A stretch of DNA of 64,000 bases, taken from positions 5,522,110 through 5,586,109 of the forward strand of contig CM082584.2 in the NCBI GenBank assembly GCA_040954595.2, written 5' to 3'. The position numbers and the translations under genes were made by a program. Source of the DNA: Balanoglossus misakiensis. Lineage: Eukaryota; Animalia; Hemichordata. Of the stretch, positions 28,373-41,200 are shown one piece after another. How positions within the stretch are numbered: position 1 is the first letter of the stretch; each line of letters starts with the position of its first letter. The notes below the pieces were generated by a model, which saw nothing but the letters and a program-made list of their open reading frames with translations, searched no databases and was not told the DNA's origin.

Positions 28373-29110
28373 TAGAATTCATCATCAAATAAACTGTCAC
28401 AGATAACTTAAGTTACTTTTTAAAAATGTATTGAAATATTAAACGCTGTTATAGGCAACAACAAAAATGTAAATACAGGAAAACATAATCTATAAGATAA
28501 TATGATCACTAGAACAGAACAAGCTTGATATGGTGCCTGAATGTTTCATTGGTCAATGTAGAATTCATCATCAAATAAACTGTCACAGTTAATTAAGTTA
28601 CTTTTAAAAAAATTATTGAAATATTAAATGCCATTGTATGCAACAACAAAAATGTAAATACAGGAAAACATAATCTATAAGATAATATAATCACTAGAAC
28701 AGAACAAGCTTGTTGTGGTGCCTGAATGTTTAATTGGTCAATGTAGAATTCATCATCAAATAAACTGTCACAGTTAATTAAGTTACTTTTAAAAAATTAT
28801 TGAAATATTAAACGCCAATTGTATGCAACAACAAAATGTAAATACAGGAAAACAATCTATAAGATAATATGATCACTAGAACAGAACAAGCTTGATATGG
28901 TGTCTGAATATTTCATTGGTCAATGTAGAATTCATCATCAAATAAACTGTCACAGTTAATTAAGTTACTTTTAAAAAAATGATTGAAATATTAAACGCCA
29001 TTGTAGGCAACAACAAAAATGTAAATACAGGAAAACATAATCTGTACGATAACATGATCCTATAGAACAGAACAAGCTTGATGTGGTGTCTGAATATTTC
29101 ATTGGTCAAT
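28373..29110. repeat. ~184-bp minisatellite, 4 units, in the 3' UTR of copy C
   Basis: Units start tagaattcatcatcaaat at ~28373, 28559, 28744 and 28925. Confidence 0.9.
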
Positions 29111-29289
29111 GTAACGGCTGCAACGTGGGGGTTGCACTGGACGCCAGTGTTCATCAATGCAGTTGTAGATGTGTCTGTCACGGAATGGCATGTATCCTTC
29201 TTCGCAATGTACAATACATTGAAATCCATCTGGTGAATCTCCGCAAGATAACGTCCCATCCTGAGGGTCTCCTAGGTCTGGACACTCAG
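29099..29289 (-). CDS. Terminal Sushi/CCP exon of copy C (not in the ORF track)
   Basis: AECPDLGDPQDGTLSCGDSPDGFQCIVHCEEGYMPFRDRHIYNCIDEHWRPVQPPRCSRYIDQ*: CP.L..P..G, C..GY, C....W....P.C pattern. Confidence 0.85.
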
Positions 29290-32200
29290 CTGATGTTGGA
29301 CAACAACATCAAGTAAACAAAAAAACAAAAAGAGTATAATGATGGATTGCTTATCTGTGAAAATAGAAAACCCAAACTGTGTCCTAAAACCCAGATAACA
29401 TTTTGGTCAGTACAGTAATCAACGATGACATGCTCTCAATTATGAAAAGCAGTCGCAAAGTTGTGCTATTGAATATTCAGAAGGTCTACACTTTACAACT
29501 TGCTGATCTGAAACAGATCTTTAACATAATAATACTAGACTAGCCTGCAATTATTGAGGTATATGGACTACTAGAATCTTCAAATCAGCTCATATCATTG
29601 TAATCATAGGTGAATCGACAGGTTTCGATGTATAAACCACAAGAATTTCAGTAATTCAAATGAACAGCAGGTCATAAATGATATATGATGTCAAAAAGGT
29701 AATAATGTGGGGGTATGGGAAAACACAGTAACCAGTCATACTTACCACGGCTGTGTATGATGGTGATATCGAATGTACACGTGGCTACATTTGCAGAGGT
29801 GTCTACAGCTGTGACTGTTACGGTATGAGGACTTCCTGTGACAGTAAACTCTGAACCACTCGCCCGGCTTGTTGTGACGAAAGCCAATTCGGTGTTGTCC
29901 GTAGCGACTGGTGGAAGCCAAGCAATGTCAACGCCAACATCTGACGTGTTTTGTGATTGGTCAGGCGGACAGAATGTTATCTTCGGTGAGTAAGGATCTG
30001 AATGTGATGAACAATTGGACAAATACTAGTAATCAAATTTATCTCATTGTTCATATGAAAGGTATACAGTCACCTCCAATTTACATACACCCATATATGG
30101 CTAACATGGCTTATTTGAGTGTTCAAAAGAACATATGGTGGCGCTGTTTTTTTCGCGTGTGCCACTCACTGAAAATCTGTGATTGGCTAGATCTCAATTT
30201 GCCATGGTAACTATAGCTAATTTGCCATAGGTGACCGTATACCTTTAACAGACTTAGACAAATAATAGTAATCAAATTTTCCTCATTGTTCATATTAACA
30301 GACTCTTTTTGCATGTCAATACACGTGGTATTTTACCTCAGATTTTGTTGTATAATGCTTTATTTGCAACTGACCGGCTATTTTCAATCTCAAAGTCAAA
30401 ATAGGAAGCAGCCACAAACTAAAGACTTACCAACCACTTTCACTTGAAATAGACACCATGCTTCTTCCTGACCAACTGCAGCCCGTACGTTGATGTGAAC
30501 ACCAGCCTTTGTCTGATCGTTAAATTGTATGGCGCCGGGAATTTGGATGGCACCCATGACTTCATGTGTGATGACATTACCTCTTGCATCGATAGCCTCA
30601 ATGTTGACATCAAGGTAAGCTGTGTCGCTATCTTCACTTAATACTGTCAGTAGTATGGGTGCGGTCGGGCACAGTCGGAATGACACTGGTCCTGTAAATG
30701 GCGTTACTGAAATTCAAGAAAATTGTAAAGGCATTTCATATGTGTGACATGAATGTCCCAGCAATACATATTAAATGGCAATTGCAATATGATAATGTCT
30801 CCAAAACTCTGCATTAAGAAAATAAAAATTAGCTGCATATAATGTGATTATTATACCATCATATATGTATCAATAACTTAGGTGATTACTTCCTATCAAC
30901 TTTGAGTTAGGTATGTCATATTGAATAATGTAAAAATGACAACTATTGACAACATGTATATACTAACCTGTTGGTGTTGATAAAGTGGTTCCTTGTAATA
31001 AACAGACAAAGAACAATGTTAGATTTTTACCTACTGGGAATTTGCAACATGGATTACTTTGTATACTAGTGAACCATGTACTTTTTTATTAAATCATTTT
31101 TTTAATTAAAATAAAATATTAGCTGCATGATGTGATTATTATCATGAGACATGATATATGTATCAATGATGTGATTACTTCCTACCAACTTGTATAATAT
31201 ACTTCATTTTTTTCTGTTGACTTTTGAGTTATGTCATATTGAATAATGTAAAAATGAAAACTATTGACAACATGTATATACTAACCTGATGTTGGTGTTG
31301 ATAAAGTGGTTCCTTTAATAAACAAACAAACAGCAATGTTACAGTTTTTTTACCTACTGGGAATTTGCAACATGGATTGAATGAATCAACGTTTGACTAC
31401 ACACAACTTCCATCCCGTTTGTAGGATAGTAAAAACTCGCCCAAAATGAATAATTGGTAGAGAACGATTATTCATTTTGGCGAGTTTGTCACTCTCATGT
31501 CTACAAGTGGGACGTAAGTTGTGTGTGGTTGAACGTTGATTCACTACTTATATTCACATGTAGAATAACATAAACAGTGTCTTGTATCAAACATAATTAA
31601 TGGAAAACGGGCAGAGAGAGACTTTGTCTCTTTTAAGGCCGGGCTTACTTGTCACTGTTGTTGTTGCACTTTTTGCATCACTAAAGGGTCCCCTTCCTCG
31701 TGATGTGTATGCCCCAACCTGAAAATATAATATAATTGTTAAATCCTAGGCAACAACATTATTTTGTATCTCTTAATTATACTGAGTGAAACTGCTCATC
31801 ATATTGTGGGTCTTTCTTCTCAAGTACTCATCACCACACAAATTGCCCCATACCTTAATTAACTTACTGATTTGTGACAACCCAGCACAGATGCAGTCAA
31901 CAAAAGGAATGACCACCTACGGATATATTTGATGAAATAATAATTTCAAAGGAATTTAATATTGATGGAAATACATGAAAACAAAACGCTTGCTCATATC
32001 AATACAATTACCTGAACAGTATATGAAACCTCATTTGTAAGGTTGGTTATGAGATATGTGTTAACACCACCCAGATCTTCTGTCACTTCTTTCTCTTTCT
32101 TTGTGTTTACATCGCTTGTTTCCCAGTAACTAATTGTATACTTCGTGATGATACCATTTACTGGATCAGGTATTAACCATTGCACTTCAATGGTCGTCAC

Positions 32201-35200
32201 TGCAGGAATCAACGTCACATTTCTTGGTTCGGGTGGCACTGGGTAAATGCATGAAAATAATACACATGTTAATTTAAGACTTAGATGTTTATTATTGATT
32301 CCTTTATTTGTTGGTATTATATATGTCATGTCAGATTCCACTAGCTTCATATTGACCTATCAAAAATGACCCTTAACTTGATTAACCCTCGGAATTAGAG
32401 CAATTTGGGTTTCATTAACTCACCATCTTCATCCGTTCTTGCAGTTGACACTGGACTCCATGGACTTCTTTCGTCTCTATTGTCAAATGACACCACCACG
32501 TCATACTCAGTGTATGCCAGAAATCCATCAATTAAGAAAGTACGTGCAGTTCCATCATTCACCACTAACTCTGTGTATTCATCATGAGTGTTTGTTTTCT
32601 TGTACTTCAAATTGAAACTCTCAATGTATCCATTAGGATTACATTTGATCTTTGATGTGTCAGGTACCTGTCATAAAGTCACAAGTTTACAACATACATT
32701 GCATTGTGAACAGTATATATTATAACACACCATGCAGCGAACCCTCGATCGTGATTCGTCACATGACCTTAGTCATTTTGAACTGTTCCCTAGGGCATCC
32801 CTCGGGAAAACAAGACTGTTTTTAACATATGCCACTTTATGAGGATGTACATAAAGTCGGTCAGTCAGTCAGTACCATAGTAATTATTTATATACCCACT
32901 GTTCAATGATTCAATGTAAGAATATAGAAGTACAAAGTGTACAAAGCATTAATTCCTGTCCTTACCTCCACTGTTATTTCAATCTCATTGGGGTCTGTGG
33001 AAGTTGTATTTTTAATTGATGGTCCTTCTGAGGGCACTGAAGAAAATAAACATTTTTATGTTGAGTGAAGTTTGTGTGATATTAAATGTACATAACTAAA
33101 CCATCAGAGCACAGAAACCATTTCCTGCCACAGGCATGTGACAGCTAGTGTACACAGAATTCATGAAAATTAGTAAATGTGCCTAAATATGAAAGTCGCC
33201 AATAACTTTTTTGCAGAAAAAACACCAATTGAAGTCAAATTGTCCCGTTATACATATGACCAATTCTCTGTGCAAAGCCAATCACTTACCATCACACAGT
33301 GTAGTATCTGTGGTAACAATTTCCTTGCTACCTTCTCCCATTGGTCCAGGTCTCTTGACAGTCACTGTGAAATCATAACTTGTAGACCAGTCTAATCCAG
33401 TGATGTCTGTGTTGTAACTCGATTGATCAGGATTAGTTACTGTAATTGTACCATTAGATGTCCAATCATCATCCGATGCCTTTTTGTAGTAAACTAAGTA
33501 AGCTTCTACAGGTCCATCACCAACATCACTTCCTGAATCCCATTTCTGCCAAGTAACAGTTGCTTGAGTTGCTTGAACTGTAACTCCTGGCTTGCCAGCA
33601 TTTGAAAATCGTGGTAATACTGGAAATAACAGTCAAACATATTACTGGTAAATATCTAGCATGATTAAATCACATTATCTCTTTAATCCCTGAAAATCTT
33701 TAAAATTCTGTGACTTTATATTTATTAACCTGTTGAAAGTTTGACATTAAGCAAACAACAAATCTTAAAACAAGAATTGTCAGACTTTTACACGTTCCAT
33801 TGTATATGTGAACAGTAAAAGAAATTTGCTGCTGTGACAGCTAGGCCCTAGGATACATTATGCTGTTGGTCTGAGGTCTGTGTCGATCAGAAGGGTGACT
33901 CCTGACTGTTACAATGGACTGGTGGTAACTTCTACGTGCAGGTCTATATCCATGCAGTGCTGTGAGGATTAGCTGTAAAGTGCTGAGGTCTGAGAGTGTT
34001 GTGACAGGGTCTGACAGTTCTATCTCTTGCACTGGTATTTGTACTTACCGTAGAACTCAAAGTTGTTCAATTGCTGAGACTGACCACCAGCAGAACAAGT
34101 GTAAGACATGCCAGCGTCCAAAGAAACACCGCTGTAATTACTGTAGTACACATATGTTGTACTGATCCAGTGTGATGTGGGTGTAACAGTTGATCCATCC
34201 TTGTCAGTCAGTGTTACATCAGAAGATGATATGACTGGGTTACTTATAACACCACAGATAATAGAACTCAGTTCACCAGGGTTGACTTTAATGTTGTACA
34301 AAGCATGCACTTTGATACTCCCGCCTGTAAAATTAAAATGATCTCCTGTTAGGAATGACGTTGTACAATCTGATTAAAATCAGATGTGGGGAACGGCGAA
34401 GATGCCACATAAAAAGATGGTCTTTCACCTGATTTTAATCAGATTGGACATTGTAGTGAGTATATAGCATTACAAATGTTACACTTGATATAAGTTACAT
34501 ATCACTTTTTTATGAATTAAACATCAGTAGACCTATCACTATCTATTGAATCGAAAAAAATAAAATGTACATACCTTGACTTTTAATGTCAAATACTAAT
34601 TTGCACTCTTACCTCGTTGACAATCTCCGATATCCAGATTCAACCATCCTGGAGCGCATTCTCCATTTGAACACACACCAGTTGTCCGGTTGCATGCTGC
34701 ATCATCTTTGCAATGGCAGTTGTAATTACACAGCTCACCATAGAAACCAGTTGGGCATGAATCAGGGACTATAATGACAAAAAGGGGTGGAATTAACTCT
34801 CAGACTTCCAGTTAGTGAACGAACTGGTAACAAGCATTGGAAAAAAATGGTCCATTAATAGAAAAAAGATATAATAAGGCACCCACACTAAAAGATGCCA
34901 CATAAAAAGATGGTCTTTCACCAGAAGAGGATCAATTGTCACAAATAAAAGTGGCAGATGTTCTTCTTTATGTGAATTTCACACACGACAACACTTCATG
35001 CTGTCTGTCTGATTGGTATTCCGTGGGTCATCCAATAAATTAGCACCAGTGGGGATATAGGTCTCTTCTGCTTTGACATAAAATTATTTCTAAGGACAAG
35101 TTCCAACACAGAGGAACTAGGAATGCCACCTTATTATATGTAAGGCTTTGACTGTCAAACAATTGCAATGAATATGTGTAGTTCTCAAAGTTTCCAAGGG

Positions 35201-38200
35201 AAAGTTCCTACCACCATTCAACATACCCTGACAATTTGTTCCACTCCACCCTGACCGACATGTACCTCCATAGATACATGCACCAGTAGCTCTGTCACAC
35301 ACATATGTGCAGTGACATGTCTGTGTGCATCCAGAACCATACTTGCCATATGGACAATCTGTCATGACATAAACATCAATCATTATAATTTCCTTTTTGT
35401 GGTGGCCAAACTCTGCCAACCTATACCATCTTGTTTTCAAAGGCACACTATAGATAACAAATATGTGTTTATTTGTTTTTGTTACGAGTGAATAGTGATG
35501 ACACGAGTCTTTATTTTTCGCGTTTTTTGGCTCTCGTGTATTTCGCGTAAATTAATTGCTCGCGAAAAATTTTTTTTTTACAGTATAGTTTATATTCCTT
35601 GCATCAACAATTTCTCTTTTTGACCCGGTTATACTTACAAGTTAAACAGTCTAGTCCTCCATATGATGCACTACAGGAACACCCATAGGGATCAGCTATG
35701 CAAAACATATTGCTGCGACATGCGTCTGGATCATAACTTGAACACGCTTGAGTACACTCTATTCCCCAGCTATTCTTACCACAGCCTGGGAAAAAGAATA
35801 ATCATGTATACAGTGCTGATTAATGATCAATTACATTGCTTGTGTATGAATGTTACATTGCAACCCATTTTAACAGCAAATTGTTTCCATCATCTTAGTC
35901 ATTCAAGGTAATATTATAATCAGGTGCATGAAACATTGAACATGAGTAGGTGGTACAAGATGTCTGGAATGGATATTAAGCAGTCGATAAGCATATGTGC
36001 TACACAAAGTGAAAAATTATATAGCTTGTGATATTATACCAGTAAGTTTGTAACTTTTGAGATTTGCTACCGGTATGTCTGAAAATGCTCGCTTGGGAAA
36101 AATATGCAGACATTAATTGTACCTACGAGACAATGTCCAATTTCCATATCGGATTATTGACAAATAAGTCTTCCATTGACCATACTGGCACACCTTTTTT
36201 GGTGTGACCATAAAATGTTTGCTTTACTTGTAAATAATGGGCATTATTGTATATGTACTGCAGATTATTCTGTGGTTCACTACAACATAACTTTGGTATT
36301 ACCTCTCATTGCTGTGAGAATGAAGAAAAATAGTCCCTTTCAAAATTCAATTTTTCGGATCATTTGTTGAATAAACTAGTGACAAGCAAGTTCTTTTTTA
36401 CACTTGGTTAGTTTTGTTCTTGATATTTATATCAAACCCCACGTTTAACATGTCAAAACTTACATATTCATATAGAGTGAGTTGAGATTATTAAATGGGA
36501 AATCCGGCGTAGCTGATTTCTACATAATTTGGTAGCTTTGAGGTCACTCTTTCAGAAAAATACATATGTGCCTTGCATAAGTCACGCGATTTTTTACAAA
36601 ATCGAGGGACAGTTGGCAGAATTTCCAATATGGCGTTTACTGTAATTTGAATCATGGGGAAAAAACGCCAGGACCAACTTCCGCCCACCATGGTGTGGGT
36701 GATACCATTTTCCGATTGGTGTCACTGCGTCACAGGCTAAGCGTATTTGCATATTTTCCATGGGTTATAGCTCATGAAAACTGTCAATAGATGACAAAAT
36801 TTCGACATTGCTGATGATTGTTTATCAACTAATGCAAAGAACAAACAATAGCTATGAAAATACGCCTGGTCTGTCGGAAGTTGGTCCTGGCGCTTTTTTT
36901 CCCATGATTCAAATTACAGTAAACGCCATATTGGCAATTCTGCCAACTTTCCCTCGACTTTGTAAAAAATCGCGCGACTTATACATGGCGAACATGTTTT
37001 TTTTCTGAAAGAGTGACCTCAAAGCTACCAAATTATGTAGAAATCAGCTACGCCGGATTTCCCCTTTAAAGCCATGAAAAACTATGCAAATTAGTCATGT
37101 GGCCATTATATAATTAGGGGCCCAAGCCCCTATGGGCGGGGCCCCTATTGGTATTACTGGCATTTTTCTTCTTCTTGGGCACGTTCATCGGCCACTAGGA
37201 TCTTGAAAACGGCTAAACTTACGAGTCTCAAAATTGGCACAATGATGCAGACCAATGAGATCTGGTGCAGTACGTTCGTGTATGTTTAATTAGTCACGTG
37301 ACCTGATGACCAAAAGTGGGCAAAATTTTCAAATTGCTCTCATTTGCATAAAATATGACGAATCAAAATTCTGTGAGCAAACTTTGTGGACCATATGGCC
37401 AGGGTCCTACATGCCAAATTTCATGGTCCTAGGGTATGCCGATTTTGAGAAGAAGATTGTTGATCATCATTTTTCATATTTTTTCATTGACCATGGGGGG
37501 TCTGGACCGAGGCATAGGCTTTACTATACTTGTATAGTATTAGTAAAGCAATGACAACATTGTATTCAAGTATGAAGGACCCAATGAACAAACCTCAAAT
37601 TTGGCACAGTGGACAGGGCAATAAGTGGACATGTACCTAACCCGTGAATAGATAATTAGTCCCTTGACAGGATGACCATATAAGGGCAAAATTTACAAAT
37701 CAGCTATGACATCATATTCACGCATGAATGACTCAATGTCCAAATCTCAAACTTGGCACTGTGGACAGGGCCAATGATTGGATATGTACCTAACCCGTGA
37801 ATATATAATTAGTCACGTGACATGATGACCATATAAGGGCAAAATTTACAAAAAGGCTATGACAACATCGTATTCAAGAATGAAGGACTTAATGTACAAT
37901 TTTTAACTATGGCACAGTGGACAGGGCCAATGAGTAGACACGTTCCTAACCCGTGAATAGATAATTAGTCGCATGACATGATGACCATATAAGGGCAAAA
38001 TTTACAAAAAGGCTATGACAACATCGCATTCAAGCATGAAGTACTCAATGTAGCAATCTCAAACTTGGCACTGTGGACGGGGCCAATGTGTAGACGTGAC
38101 TCCAACAATTAATAGTAATTTGTCATGTGACCTAGCCATAGGCCTATACCTGTACAGTGAAGCTATCACATCTATTATGGCATTCTGGTCTATCTAAAGG

Positions 38201-41200
38201 TCCTGATCAGCATCGGGCCGAAATGAGAAGCCAAATTTCGGGTGACCTCTTGACCTTTGACCCACCTTGAAAAACACATATCTACTTCTACGCTAACAAA
38301 TACACCTAGGGAGCTGATTTTTGGTGGACAGGTACAATTATCAGACTAAATCATTTCGCCGCAATGTCACGTGACCTCGGTGACCTTTGACCTATATATA
38401 ACATAAATGCTCATAAGTACGTAACTATTACACCTACAGACTTAATATTTGGTGGGATAAAGCATACACATGTACTTGTTACCCCTTGACCTTTGACCTA
38501 ATTAATTATGTGCATACCTAAAATTCTAGGCTTACCAATAGGGCTAGAGGTTTTGTTTCTGTCGGACATGGGCTAGTATGGTGTCCAATTTTTTCCATCA
38601 AATTTTGGGTGACCTCAGGTGACCTTTGATCTACTTTCTTATATCTCGACCTCCAGAGCAAGTACAGCCTTGGCATTTGGAGGGATGGGACTAAAATGAA
38701 AAGCCGAATTTTGAGGTCACCTGTACAACGTTAACTGCTTAACTCATTAATTATGTTCATACCTAATTCCAGGCGAACCGATAGGGCTGAATGCTTGGTT
38801 TCTGATGGACCAGAATGGGGTCAAAATTTTTTGCCCAAATTTCGGGTGACCTAAGATGACCATTCCGACTTGGGCCCCGCCATTGCTGCTTGCAGCTATA
38901 TTTTTTGTTGGTATTTCATGGCTATATATGCAAATGAGTAAGCAAGTGGGACTACGTTCTGTTTGTAAACATCGAAAGCCAAGAACGCTACAGCTAACTT
39001 ATGATCGCTGAAATGCGGGGATTTTATAACATTCTGGCACGTACGTCATTTAATTGTGTACACCTTTTTTTTTAACCTTAGTGGCCATGTCAATGATGAA
39101 AGCCCAGGTGGTGTACTGCATATTTGAAGTGGCTGATTGGGCCATGCCCATAGCTAGAGCTTGAGGTTTCATGAAACTGATGGCAGTTAAGTTAATCAAT
39201 GACATTTATTCAAAATAAGTCTTAGGTATCATAAAATCAGGTAATTTTCTATAAATATACTGCTGTCAACATTTTATGAATCCCATATGCACTTACCAGT
39301 TTCACAGTTACTTCCCATGAATCCAGGCGGACATATACACTCACCAGTGTCAGAGTTGCATAGTCCTCCATTGTTACACGTTGGACATGAAGACAAACAG
39401 TCTGGTAATCTCCATTTTCCATTTGGACAACCTAAAATAGGAATTGAATATGAATTTCGACTTTTCATTCTGATTGTAAATTCAAGAGTAATGCATTCCT
39501 GTTGATCTTTTAAGTATGATGCTTTCAACCAATAAAAAAAGTTACCTGGTATAAAATGGATGAATTACAAAATGGTTTTGTTAAGCATTTGCTCAAATAC
39601 CAAAATGGTAGCTAATACAAGCCTAATATAAAATGGTGAGTTTTGACTGTCCTCATCTTGTTTAGCGAAAAATGAAATGACTTTCACAATTGTAAAAAGT
39701 GAACTTGGGGTACATTGCAATTTATGTTACTTTTTTATTTATTTTTTATTAATTAATTAATTAATTAATTGATAAAAATAAATATACTAATAACTACTAT
39801 TAATTAATTAATTAATTAATTAATTTATTAATTTATTTATTTATTTATACATTCATTTATGTATGTATGTATGTATGTATGTATGTATGTATGTATGTAT
39901 GTATGTATGTATGTATGTATGTATGTATGTATGTATGTATGTATGTATGTATGTACATGTATATATGTATTTATTTATTTATTCATTGTTATATATTTTT
40001 CAATCTATGAATTTTATTAGGTTTGATAGTGATAAAAAACACAATGGGCCTTGCAGGTTAATATAAACGTTTCTCGACATGTCATGTGAAAATAACAAGA
40101 AGAGGAGATTTTAAATTAAACATAAATGTATACTGCAGCTTTAGCCGATAACATAAGCAGTGTCAATCACTTTTTATTACCTCTGACAATCAGTCTCATA
40201 AATCCATGTAGTCCTTGACTTCGTTGAGTTTCACTGCTGTAACATTCATAGATTCCTGCATCACTGGTCTTTGCAAATGATATTGTAATACTCTTCTGAC
40301 CATCCCATTCTGGTTTCTCTATTCCATTATGTCTCCATTTCAATGATGATTCAGCGATGGATGTTGTCATGGTCAATGTTACATCTTCTCCAAAACTCAC
40401 TGTTTTGGTTTGACTCTCGGGTTGGATTTCAGCTGGCAGATGCACAGACACAGATAATTGGCTTTGATTCAAATTGCTTACACTGAAAAATGATCTTCAA
40501 ATCATCCATAAAAAATCATTATGTGCCATAAACAGTACATGTATTATAATATACATGCATGCTCGTTTATGTTTATGAAATAACTTTGTCGAAAATGCAC
40601 AAATTCATCAATTCATTGTCCACCCACTCATCCGTCTATTAACCCATTCATGAAACTATCAGAGTTATGAGTAATAAAACATTTGTTCATAACTTACTAG
40701 TTGCAGCAAATACTACCGTTATCAGTCTCTCAGTTTCTCCAGTGTTAGCATTGGCATCACAGTAGTACACACCAGGTCTGCCAGCACCAGTGGGTAAGTT
40801 GAGTCTTCTTGAATAGGATTGAAAGTTTTGATATGAATAGCCTGCAGGGAGTGCATCTCCTGTGCCTGTATCTAGGATTCTTCCAAAGGCAAAATTTGTA
40901 CCTACAGTATTTATGGTATCATCAGCTGAGTATCCGCCAATGTAATAATTACTATCACTTAAACTTGGCAATGCTTCATCATTATAGAAGGTGACATCTA
41001 ACCGAGCATCTGCAAAATAAAAGTTTTCTATCCATCAACTTTATGATATTAAATTAGAAGGGTTGGAATTTATTTGGTCCCATTTGGTACGTGTATATAT
41101 ACCAGTGGGACTTTGTGGGATAGGTTGAGAGTGTCTGTCTGTCTGTCTGTATGTATTTACCCCTGGTATGTACGTATAGTTATACGAAGTATGTGGTTCA

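Noticed and set aside
28960-29259. ORF MGRYLAEIHQ... (also 49827-50027)
   Set aside because: Wrong frame of the Sushi exon.
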